A DNA stretch of 16,824 nucleotides from Octopus sinensis. Lineage: Eukaryota. The notes under the pieces were generated by a model that ran no database searches, was not told the DNA's origin, and was given only the letters and a program-made list of their open reading frames with translations. Below, piece by piece: positions 1-9,745 of the stretch. The first letter of the stretch is position 1. Each line of letters begins with the position of its first letter. Location of the stretch: contig NW_021825071.1 in NCBI RefSeq assembly GCF_006345805.1, forward strand, positions 1 to 16,824. The letters run 5' to 3'. Made by a program: the position numbers and the translations under genes.

Positions 1-154
1 GCCTTGTCATTCTGTGTCACGCTGAATCTTCCTGAGAACTAATTTATGGGTACACGTGTCTGTGGTGTGCTCAGCCACTTGCACGCTAATTTCACGAGCA
101 AGCTGTTCCGTTGCTCAGGTGGGACCCTCGTCGTCGTAACCGACGTAGTGCTCC
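1..154 (+). mobile_element. 3' part of a tRNA-derived SINE (same family as 15678-16067), cut by the window start
   Basis: Aligns by eye to 15902-16067 (gccttgtca..tgtgtcacgct..gggtacacgtgtctgtgg.gtgctcagccactt.cacg.taatttcacgagca.gctgttccgttg..accctcgtcgtcg.aaccgacg.agtgct). Followed by a (TACA)n tract. Confidence 0.9.
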
Positions 155-188
155 TATACATACATACATACAAACATGCATACATACA

Positions 189-252
<64 letters not shown>

Positions 253-254
253 TA
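155..254 (+). repeat. (TACA)n/(TA)n microsatellite at the SINE 3' end
   Basis: Direct reading. Confidence 0.95.
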
Positions 255-328
255 ACCACCTTGTGACTTGGAGGGTAACTTTCTAGGTCCAATCCCATGG
301 TCAGTGTCGTGACCGAAGGGGGTCCCGA
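255..328 (-). repeat. Short interspersed-repeat fragment embedded in (TA)n, possibly an RTE-type 5' UTR piece
   Basis: GC-richer island flanked on both sides by (TA)n. The minus strand reads gacccccttcggtcacgacactgaccatgggattggacctagaaagttaccctcc, which I recall as an octopus repeat; family not verified. Confidence 0.35.
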
Positions 329-724
329 TATATATATATATATATATATAAAGTTAATCCAAACATGAAAACTCAAAGAGAAAACACAACAACACGAGGG
401 GTGGGTGTATATGTGTATGTGTGTATGTATTTATATATACTCACACACACAACTGCATACACTTCTTTTTATGCGCAATGCATCTGTGTATGTGTACATA
501 AATGCATATAATTATGAATGAAACTCGGGAAAGGCGCAAAGTAAAGAGAAAACCAATAAAAATAAAACAGCTTTAAGTTTTATAAGAACAAAAAAAATGT
601 TTCACTGAAGCAAATTTAAAGAATGAATTATATTAATAAGTTGTTTTTTTTTTAAAGAAAAATTAATATTATACGACATAAGCCATTAGGATTTATTTTA
701 TAAATACTGTTTGAATGGTTTGTT

Positions 725-811
725 ATGTATGTATGTATGTATGTATGTATGTATGTATGTATGTATGTATGTATGTATGTATGTGTGTGTGTATGTATGT
801 ATGTATGTATG

Positions 812-902
<91 letters not shown>
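725..902. repeat. Compound microsatellite (TATG)n-(CT)n-(TA)n
   Basis: Direct reading; explains ORFs 711..962, 723..905 and 725..922. Confidence 0.95.
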
Positions 903-1149
903 CACTTTGGGTATGGAGATGAGTTCAGAAAAATTGTAGATTCAGATGAATATGGTACTTAAGTTGAGGCAGCAGAATTTAGTACGGTATTATCCATACA
1001 ATTTCAAAGTAAGGTGATTAAAATAAATAAGTAAATATATAATTTTTAGTCTAATATATTGTGATTTATTATACTTATTCTATTGGTGTTAATAAGCTAC
1101 ATATACTTTACCATAGTATTAGTAATTAAGCCATTTTATTTCCTTTTCT

Positions 1150-2100
1150 ATGGTGTTCTACCCTACTTGATTATTTTATTTTATTTCTTTATTATTTTAT
1201 AATTAGCCTTTATTTATTTATAAAATTAATCTAATTTTTGTATCTATAAAAAATCATACTTAGCTTATATAAAAACTATACTGGTATATTTACTACATAT
1301 AAATAAATACTGCTTAGATTAAAATTTTATTAATATATAATTAGCATGTTCCTTTACCCCAATACTCCTTTATTAATACCAGTATATACCAATTAATCAA
1401 TATTCACAGATACCATTTGATGAGTTAGTATTTAAGTGTACAATATATATAAATATTAAACTATTTCTGGATAATTTCTTTTCCTCCCTCTGTTGTGGTA
1501 AAGGTTTGGTATATACTCAAAAGTATTCATAAATTTCTATCCTTTTGTTATAATATTCTTCTTAATAACCCATTGAATAACCCTAAACTTTAACTGTATA
1601 CAATATAGCAACATTGTTTAAAATATTTAACTATAGTACTACATGATAAGACTTCCTCTGTTTCATTATCAATGGTCTGCTAGTGGGCGGCCCCCTAAAT
1701 TATCAGCTAACATCTTGTTTAAAGTTTTCCTTTACCAAACCTCATGATATTGCTACTAATAAATCTTGGTTTTTATGACTGTACCAACTATGTCTATCTG
1801 CTCCCTCAGCCCCACCCCTAACAGATACTGCCCTCTCTTCTCTCAGCCTTAGATACAAAAGGGATTTGATAAACTAGTCTATAAATTAAAACTGACCCCA
1901 TAAAAACAAAAAATCAGTGACAGGCAGAGTCTGTAACAATGTATATCTTCTTGAAAATTCAGTAACTTCTAAACTGGAGTGAGGCAGCATGTTCTTTGTC
2001 TATCTCCTTAAATTCTTGGAGACTTTAGGTATAGTTATACTAATGTGTCCATCTGTTCTAATTTAATTAAATGAAGATTGCTCTGCATTTTAAATTGATT
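1150..2100 (-). mobile_element. Highly decayed Penelope-like retroelement ORF relic (RT C-terminus to GIY-YIG endonuclease)
   Basis: Manual minus-strand translation across stops and frameshifts gives, in Penelope order: FLWGQF, IKTKIY..VW, GLFNGLLRR, RKRNYPEI, then SNGICE..VYTG..RSIGVKEH (1345-1420), resembling GIY-YIG G.Y.I.C..YIG.T.RS...R.KEH. The block is TA-flanked, with a hammerhead remnant next to it at 2101-2157. Confidence 0.45.
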
Positions 2101-2180
2101 GTAATGATTGCGTTGTTTAATTAAATTGAGTTGTATGAAACGATCGTACTGCATTACCCTGGATATCCTTGTTTATTTTG
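2101..2180 (+). repeat. Penelope pseudo-LTR-like end with a hammerhead remnant (3' half only)
   Basis: GAAA (2137-2140), palindromic ACGATCGT (2140-2147), A, then ctgcattac (2149-2157), whose 3' part pairs with gtaatg (2101-2106). No CUGANGA is present. Confidence 0.4.
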
Positions 2181-2238
<58 letters not shown>

Positions 2239-2252
2239 GTGTGTGTATATAT

Positions 2253-2466
2253 CGCTATGATAGATCGTTAGCCACTACACACATTTTTTGTCTCCTTTTT
2301 TTGTCTCCTTTTTTTCTCTCCTTGTTTTTTCTGTGTCCATTTCTGCAGAAGAGCGTAGGCTCGAAAAGTAAAAGACTTTTTCTATTCCTGAGCGTTATAC
2401 TAATACATCTGTTTGTTTTGTACACCACGTGTCTTCGTCTTTTGTTTTTCTTTCGTAAACTCTCCC
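2253..2466 (+). repeat. TA-flanked interspersed repeat module, pseudo-LTR-like, with a hammerhead-like motif at 2346-2370
   Basis: Bounded by (TA)n on both sides. Contains cagaagagcgtaggctcgaaaagta (GAAGA-G...C-GAAA, with a gagc/gctc hairpin). Confidence 0.45.
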
Positions 2467-2499
<33 letters not shown>

Positions 2500-2529
2500 G
2501 GAGGGAGAGAGAGAGACAGACATACAGAC

Positions 2530-2589
<60 letters not shown>
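2467..2589. repeat. Compound microsatellite (TA)n-(GA)n-(GATA)n
   Basis: Direct reading. Confidence 0.95.
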
Positions 2590-2774
2590 TAATGCTCGTA
2601 ACTACTTCAACATGGCTGTCCGTTCGAACAGACTTTACTGCGATTTTTTAAACTCTAAGTGAACATCTCCTCCAGCTTGTTAACGATGCACCGCTGTATC
2701 CGAGATATTGCGAGCAAGAGACTGAACCCCTGTCACCTTCTAGTGACGGAACCAGCAGACCAACCTGATTTCGG

Positions 2775-3000
2775 GCTATTTCTGCCATTTTTTCATCTTT
2801 TTCAACACACTCTAAAATATTATGCAAACATCTCGTTCTTGCTTTACTCCTTGATCTTCCGCCAGATGCCTCTGCTTGAAGAATCCATCTTGCAATTCTG
2901 TGACATTATAATAACAGATCCGTAGTACCGTAGCTGTGACCTCTTGATGCGGTTAAGCTGCAGTTCAGCACCCTTTTGCGTAACGTTAGCCCCATCAGCC
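2775..3000 (-). mobile_element. RTE-like LINE ORF2 C-terminal relic (pseudogenised)
   Basis: Minus strand gives LNRIKRSQLRYYGSVIIM, then a frameshift, then RIARWILQAEASGGRSRSKARTRCLHNI. This matches the post-RT motif I..RQLRW.GHV.RM...R....L.....G.R.RGRPR.RW.DNI of RTE-group LINEs. Confidence 0.65.
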
Positions 3001-3467
3001 ATCAGAGGGACTCCATTTTGACCACTTATATTTCCGACCGTACCCTTTAGCAAATTGCCCCAAATTTAAGACCATAGATGAGGATAAGCAGGAAAAGGCA
3101 ATTGAAAAGAGTTTGGCTTTTGTAAGAATCTTTCTTCTTCTGAGGATCGAATGCGGAAGCAGGCGCATAACTGTGCAAGCATCTACAATTCTAGCAGTGT
3201 TTATTATAACTTATGATATCATATTATGCAATATAACATAATATGCATTCGGTCGGGGCGGATGACTCGAAATGTATTTTTTCTCCATCACTTTTCGTAC
3301 GTGGGTTGTGTAGGTCCATATTATTAAATTTTCTCAAATATATGAATAATAGATACAAAAAAAAAAAAAAGAATTTCTCTTACCCTTCTCTAAAATATCT
3401 ACATTAATTTTATATCTTCTGATCTACGTTGTCTTGTACATGCTTGAATATATATATATATATATAT

Positions 3468-3782
3468 ATTGCAGCGTGGAAGGTGTTTGTAAGCCATTTA
3501 AGAAACACACAAAAGCCGTTCGATTCACTTCAACATTTAAGTTTAATTTGTCAAAATATTTTCGTCGCTTTAAGACTGTGACCTGTTCACTGACAAAAAT
3601 CCGTAGGTCGCGGTCTTGAAGCGACGAAAATATTTGACAAATTAAACTTAAATGTTGAAGTGAATCGAACGGCTTTTGTGTGTTTCTTAAATGGCTTACA
3701 AACACCTTCCACGCCGCAATTGTTTTCGTTTCAGTACACGATCTCAGATCAAATCACTTGCTATGCAAGTACATCTCCGTAA
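3468..3782. mobile_element. Repeat element with a long inverted repeat (arms 3468-3584 and 3605-3720, 20-nt spacer); inverted Penelope pseudo-LTR-like or MITE-like
   Basis: Arms are reverse complements with 4 substitutions and 1 indel over ~117 bp. The right copy continues ~60 bp past the arm. (TA)n flanks both sides. Confidence 0.8.
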
Positions 3783-4019
3783 TATATATATATTCATATA
3801 TATATATATATATATATATGTTGCTTTTACTTTTTAATTATTATAAATCTCCCGCTAAGGAGGGAACTGGTTTCCAACAAAGTTACAAGGCTCCATCTTT
3901 GGGATGTAGTTAACACGTGTATGTATATATGTATATATGTATGTATGTATGTATGTATTTATGTATGTATATTCAAATATGTGTGTAAGTGTGTGTGTAC
4001 GTACGTGCATGTATGTCTT

Positions 4020-4214
4020 TTTTTCTGTGTTTGACCCCACGACCGCTGGACAACCGATGTTGACTTCTTTACGCCCGCTAAATTTTCCAAGAGAGACCGA
4101 TAGAATATCAGGATTAAAGAAGCATGTACCGTTCGAACTTGTTCGTCATAAGCCTTCAGAGCAGTGCTCCAGCGTGACTGCAATGCAATGGTTTGAACCA
4201 GTGAAACATTAAAA
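4020..4214 (+). mobile_element. Diverged 3' half of the microsatellite-containing tRNA SINE (family of 8763-9130)
   Basis: tgtgtttgacccc..gacaaccgatgttg..gagaccgatagaata..gtgctccagcgtgactgcaatgcaatggtttgaacc resembles 8930-9110 and the reverse complement of 6651-6870. Confidence 0.75.
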
Positions 4215-4217
4215 ACT

Positions 4218-4345
4218 ACACACATATACACACACACATATACATACAACAGCTGTGAATACACACGCGCTCGCGAACGCACACACACGTGTACATACAT
4301 ATACATTCACACACACATACACACACATACACACACACACACACA

Positions 4346-4383
<38 letters not shown>

Positions 4384-4435
4384 CACACACACATACATCT
4401 GTATACCTCTTCACAAATATACACACAAACACAAC
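4218..4435. repeat. Degenerate (CA)n/(TA)n microsatellite
   Basis: Direct reading. Confidence 0.9.
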
Positions 4436-4739
4436 ATTAATACTAATAACAACAATAACGATGCTGATCTAAAGTGAAATAAAATAGAAACGCAAAACAA
4501 AACCGAATGCGTCGAGTTCCAACTAAAAATCTTTCCTTCTACTCGAGTCTCTGAAAGTTTTATGCAACTTTCTTATCTGCAAGTCACAGTTTCCATTTAT
4601 TGCACCAATAAATTTCACAGCCAACACATCAGCTGCTGACAACTTGCAAATACTCGCTAACCCATCATTTTATCCAACGATTCTACATGGCTTTCTAACT
4701 ACGACTCTGCACGCTTTAATATGCCTTCCGTTTATCTAT

Positions 4740-4913
4740 GATACATACACACACACACACACACACAAACATATACATACAGACATATGTATATATATAT
4801 GTATATATATGTATGTATGTATATATACACATATATATATATATATATATATATATTTGTGTGTGTATGGGTGTCTATGTAATCTGCATATATATATATT
4901 ATATTATATATAT

Positions 4914-4948
<35 letters not shown>

Positions 4949-5136
4949 ATATGGGGGGTTGTACGTGGTGTGTATGTGAGTGTGCCTGTGTGTCTGAATG
5001 TGTATGTAGGTATACATATATACTGAATATTTATAATAGATATATTTATATTTATAAATACACATGTATATGCATATGTGTGTATGTCTGTATATATGTA
5101 ATATATGTATATATATATATATTTATTATATTAATA

Positions 5137-5182
<46 letters not shown>

Positions 5183-5307
5183 CATATACATACGTACAAC
5201 ACACACACACTTACATAAATACATACAGACATAGATGCATAAGTGTGTGTATTTGTGTGCATCTGTATGTATGTGTCTCTGTGCATGTGCTTGTGTACGA
5301 ATGTGTA

Positions 5308-5346
<39 letters not shown>

Positions 5347-5390
5347 TGTGTTTATGTGCGTGCGTGTGTATGTTTAAGCGTGTGCGTTTG
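4740..5390. repeat. Long degenerate (CA)/(TA)/(TG) compound microsatellite
   Basis: Direct reading; source of the 224-aa Y/I/C/V ORF. Confidence 0.9.
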
Positions 5391-5650
5391 CGGGCATGAT
5401 TGTTTGAAATAGAAGAATTTATCGTATATCAGTCAGTATTCCATTCGCTCTCTCAAAGTTATGAGCTGTTCTAAACTGTGGAATAGATAACAGCGTCAAG
5501 AGAAATTCTTAACTCACAGAATCTCAATCCTTCGATAATGCGCACGGCCATCTTCAGGAGAAATTTCCGAAGCAGCCAATTGCTGTATATATTTATATAC
5601 ATACGTACGTACATGCTTACGTGTGTATGTATATATGCATGTATGTATGT

Positions 5651-5905
5651 AGGAGGACTTAAACAACATGCAAAGGTACATGAAGCCCAGTTACAACTAC
5701 AGCCGGCTATTACCAGTAAAGGTTTTAGTTGCCAATTTTGTACAAGACATTGTAGATCTTGGTTGGACTAAAAAGTCACTTTCGATCACAGTACCAGTAA
5801 CAGTTAAGCTTCGTGCAATGGCCATACTCGATAACGAAGGGGCAGCCATAATGTATGTATGTATGTATGTATGTATGTATGTATGTATGTATGTATGTAT
5901 GTATG
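5651..5905 (+). mobile_element. RTE-clade LINE 3' end: C-terminal C2H2-type zinc finger, short 3' UTR and (ATGT)n tail
   Basis: FSCQFCTRHCRS, then a frameshift, then GLKSHFRSQYQ-stop matches the RTE C-terminal CxxCxRxCxSxxGLxSHxR motif. It is followed by ...ccatactcgataacgaaggggcagccata and a tandem (ATGT)n tail at 5851-5904. Confidence 0.75.
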
Positions 5906-6650
5906 CACAAACGAAAAAAAATTGATTATATATATTCCACAAATACAACAGGAAGAGCTTTGCAGCTGTCGGACAAACTGAGTGAGATAATACAGATCTA
6001 TAGTTAAGAGATGAGGAATTATGAACATTATTTACATTTTGACGGATTTTGTCCTCATCTTGTTTCGGCTGATTAAGTAATCTTTCGGCTACCAAATAAA
6101 CTTTATTTTTATTTACATATTTGCATTGCAAATAAATGTTGACTTTCTGTACTTTGTTACATTGGTGACGGATAGTAATTTTTGATAAATTGGTGACTTT
6201 CCGACGCTGGAATATTTCTTTTGGAAATATTCCGTAAAAAAGTTTTTATAGCATAGCTATGCCACAGAAAGTATGTTTTGCACCTATATTGACGACATTT
6301 CGTTTCGCTTGAACTTTCGTTTACTGTTTTCAATATTATCAATTCTATGAGTGTGTATGTGTCTGTGAGAGTGTGTGTGCTCAATATAAGTATGAAGTAA
6401 TCCTTCAGATTGATGTAAAATTGTTTGTATTATAAGCACTCTACTCAGACTCACGCACCCAAGGAAAACTTTCGCCTAACAGACATTATATAAAGCCAAG
6501 ATTAATTCTAATGCATCGCAGCCCTACGATGGTTTAACAGATCGAAACTTCGAAGTCGCTGACAACAATAGTATTGTTTCAGGACATCACTGTGTCTTTC
6601 AGACTGTCTGCCTGTGTGTGTCTGCGTGTGTGTATGTGTGTGTGTATATA

Positions 6651-6870
6651 TACTCTTTTATTTGTTTCAGTCATTTGACTGCGGCCATGCTGGAGCACCG
6701 CCTTTAGTCGAGCAAATCGACCCCGGGACTTATTCTTTGTAAGCCCAGTACTTATTCTATCGGTCTCTTTTGCCGAACCGCTAAGTGACGGGAATGTAAA
6801 CACACCAGCATCGGTTGTCAAGCAATGCTTGGGGGACAAACACAGACACACAAACACAGACACACACACA
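6651..6870 (-). mobile_element. 3' half of the microsatellite-containing tRNA SINE (5'-truncated, well conserved)
   Basis: Reverse complement reads tttgtcccccaagcattgcttgacaaccgatgctggtgtgtttacattcccgtcacttagcggttcggcaaaagagaccgatagaataag...gtgctccagcatggccgcagtcaaatgactgaaacaaataaaagagta, collinear with 8930-9130. Confidence 0.88.
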
Positions 6871-7026
6871 TATATATATATATATATAATTCTTAGGCAA
6901 GAATATTATTGATAATGACTTCGAAGTTTCGGCCAGAGAACGTACTTAAACATACGTACACACATACCCAATATTGAGTTACTGATTAATGTTTCATTAT
7001 CCGGTATGGCTAAATTTAAGGCCATA

Positions 7027-7057
<31 letters not shown>

Positions 7058-8484
7058 TTAAACATACACCCGTATAAATGTACGAAGAGCTTGGTAAAAA
7101 TGAGTTTCGCTTGACTGAATCTGGAGTTGCTCCAGATCTACCAGACGAACATGACTTATTCAGACGATGTCCCAGTAGCAAGTTCGTCTATGATACTTCC
7201 ACTCTCTACATAATTCTCTCTGTCTCTTTTTTCTTTCTTCTCCAGTGCTAATACGATCACACCCACAAGCACATACGCACATGCATACACATACGCCACC
7301 ACGCGTGTGTACACTTGCACGCACACATCCACACACCTATACACACGCATTTGTCTCTCTGTATAAACACACACACACACACAGAGATTTTCACAGCTTT
7401 ACATTTTTGTTGGATTCTAGTTTGTTATGTGTTAGTTATCGTTAGTGATAACTAAACATGATTAATATTACATTATGCACTGATAATTCTATTTGTGAAA
7501 ATCGATATTTACGATGCTGTGAGAATCCTGAAAGACTAATGGCATTAAAGAATTTCAGTGAGATTTTTCTTGATTTCAATTTCCGCCTGGAACCATCATC
7601 CAGGAAGTTACACCGAAGTGTTTATATTTGTTGAGCTTTGCGTGTGTGTATGAGTGAGTGTGTAACACCCCGATGTACTAATTATTTACGTGTATGTGTG
7701 TATTTGTAAATATGCGTGAAGGTCTAAATGTGTGTATGTATGCACAAAGTGCACCTGTGTGCGCGTGCATGTGTACACATGCATTTATGTTTTACTTTTT
7801 GAAATTCGTGTTTTTTTTCCTCTTTTTTTTGTTGCTTTTCATTTTAGCATCTCTAATACCAAAGCTTTGAAAGTATTTTTTATTCTCTTCTTTAACTTAC
7901 TATAATCAGTGACGACTTCTTATAAATTTAGTTATCACATGACACTATATCGTTTGTTAGGTCTTGTTAAAACACTAAAACACGATACCGTCTTTTGTAT
8001 TCCGTTATAAAATACACAAATCTTTAAAAATAATATAAGATAATGTAAAGACGAATACAGTATATGATGTTCATGCGTTTTCCATGGCAATATTAAAGAT
8101 GTAAGTGAAGAAAAAATATCCTCAACCGAGGATTGAAATTTCATCTCTCTCTCTCACAGCTGGCTGCCTAAACTTTGCTTATCAGCTCCTGCAATGGTAT
8201 AATGTATATTATAAATTATAGAATCCGGGCAGACTGTTGATGACTTTCTTCAGAAAAAAAAAATGTTTATTAGTTAGAAAGGAAAACTATTTAAGTCGTC
8301 ATATCGTGACGGGTTTGTGAAGGGATTTATTCAACGTTTCAGACAAAGCGTCTTTCTTCAGAGAAGAGAGAAATGTTCGCTCTATCGGAAAAAAACATGG
8401 GAAAATTTCTCTCATAGCATCTAGAGAAGACGCGACAAAGTTCCTTATGTTGTACAACATATACAAGTATCACCTTCAGAAAGC

Positions 8485-8720
8485 ATATGTATATATGTAT
8501 TTATGTATGTATATATACGTCTACACTCACATCCAAACATACATACATACATGCATATATATAAATATATATATATACATGCGTATATATGCATATATCT
8601 GTACATGCATAGATGCATCGTACACAGGTACGCTTATGACTATACATATATACATAAGCTGATATATACATGTATATATACACACATACACCCACACACA
8701 TATATATATATATATATATG
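8485..8720. repeat. Degenerate (TA)/(CA)/(TACA) microsatellite
   Basis: Direct reading. Confidence 0.9.
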
Positions 8721-8762
8721 TCAGGCGTGGAGATGACGGTGGAGATGTGGATGTGAGGGATG

Positions 8763-8902
8763 AGGCGTGGCTGTGTGGTTAGTGGCTTGCTTCCCAACCA
8801 CATGGTTCCGTGGGACCTTAGGTAAGTGTCCCCTCCTTTAGCCTCGGGCCGACCAAACACTTGTGAGTGGATTTGGTAGACGAAAGCTGAAAGAAACTCA
8901 TC

Positions 8903-8936
<34 letters not shown>

Positions 8937-9130
8937 GTCCCTCCCGCCACCAGCACATGACAACCGATGTCGGTGTGTTTACGTCCCCGTAACCTAGCGG
9001 TTCAGCAAAGAATAAGAACTAAGTTTGCAAAGAATAAGTCCTTGAGTCGATTTCTTTGACAAAAGGAGGTGCTCCATCATGGCCACAGTCAACTGACTAA
9101 AACAAGTAAAAGAATAACAGAATAAAAGAA
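8763..9130 (+). mobile_element. Near full-length tRNA-derived SINE with an internal (TA)/(TG) microsatellite; B box deleted
   Basis: A box tggctgtgtgg at 8768-8778, body gcctcgggccgaccaaacacttgtgagtggatttggtagacg, internal microsatellite, conserved 3' half and (AAGAAT)-type tail. Compared with the copy at 10311-10477, the B-box segment after ggttccg is missing. Confidence 0.85.
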
Positions 9131-9274
9131 TATATATGTACATGCCTTCTGAACATGAGATTTCTCGCATTATGCATACGGACACACAGACAGACATTCG
9201 CAGACCCAAATATGTTTGTGTCAACCGTATTTACAAAACACTGAACTCGTGTTACGTTGTTATTTCCCCCCCCC

Positions 9275-9404
9275 CCTTTACTCGAACAAATCAATTTCAA
9301 TACTGATATTTATTCTATTAGTAGTTTTATTTGCCGAAATGCAAAGTTACGCAGCCACAAAGAAACCAACACCGGTTGTCAAGTGTTTGAAGGGAGAAAC
9401 GAGA

Positions 9405-9410
<6 letters not shown>
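9275..9410 (-). mobile_element. Diverged 3' half of the same SINE family, minus strand
   Basis: ctttactcgaacaaatcaatt..tattctatt..tttgccgaaatgcaaagttacg..accaacaccggttgtcaagtg parallels 6702-6825. Confidence 0.7.
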
Positions 9411-9440
<30 letters not shown>

Positions 9441-9500
9441 TGTGTGTGTGTGTATATATATATATATATAAATATATGTATGTGTGTGTGGGTGGGTGTG

Positions 9501-9535
<35 letters not shown>

Positions 9536-9537
<2 letters not shown>

Positions 9538-9727
9538 CAATTTAAATTTAAAATGGGGGTGAGAAATTAGATATTAATTTTATAACATCGATTTCACACC
9601 AGTGGTCTAGCATATAAATAAAACTGAAGGTTCAGTAAAATTGTATTATATACAAATGTTCTTAGTGGTAAGACCATAGCGGATCTATTTCTAGCATAAG
9701 GTGTCCACATAGTGGTTTCCCTCTAAT
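9536..9727. repeat. TA-flanked interspersed repeat module (unclassified)
   Basis: Complex sequence bounded by (TA)n on both sides, lying between the two halves of a minus-strand SINE. Confidence 0.35.
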
Positions 9728-9745
9728 ATGTATATATATATATAT

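Noticed and set aside
904-2100. Possible mitochondrial insertion (NUMT), given the AT-richness
   Set aside because: No recognisable mitochondrial protein, rRNA or tRNA. TAA/TAG stops persist under the mitochondrial code, and residual motifs fit a Penelope-like ORF better.
4644-5412. 224-aa and 111-aa ORFs, and the many similar [12 protein letters not shown] ORFs across the window
   Set aside because: Microsatellite read-through artefacts.
7810-7880. Strong polypyrimidine tract plus AG (7846-7847); a similar one near 8140-8159
   Set aside because: No convincing downstream donor or coding signal. It cannot be supported without RNA-seq.
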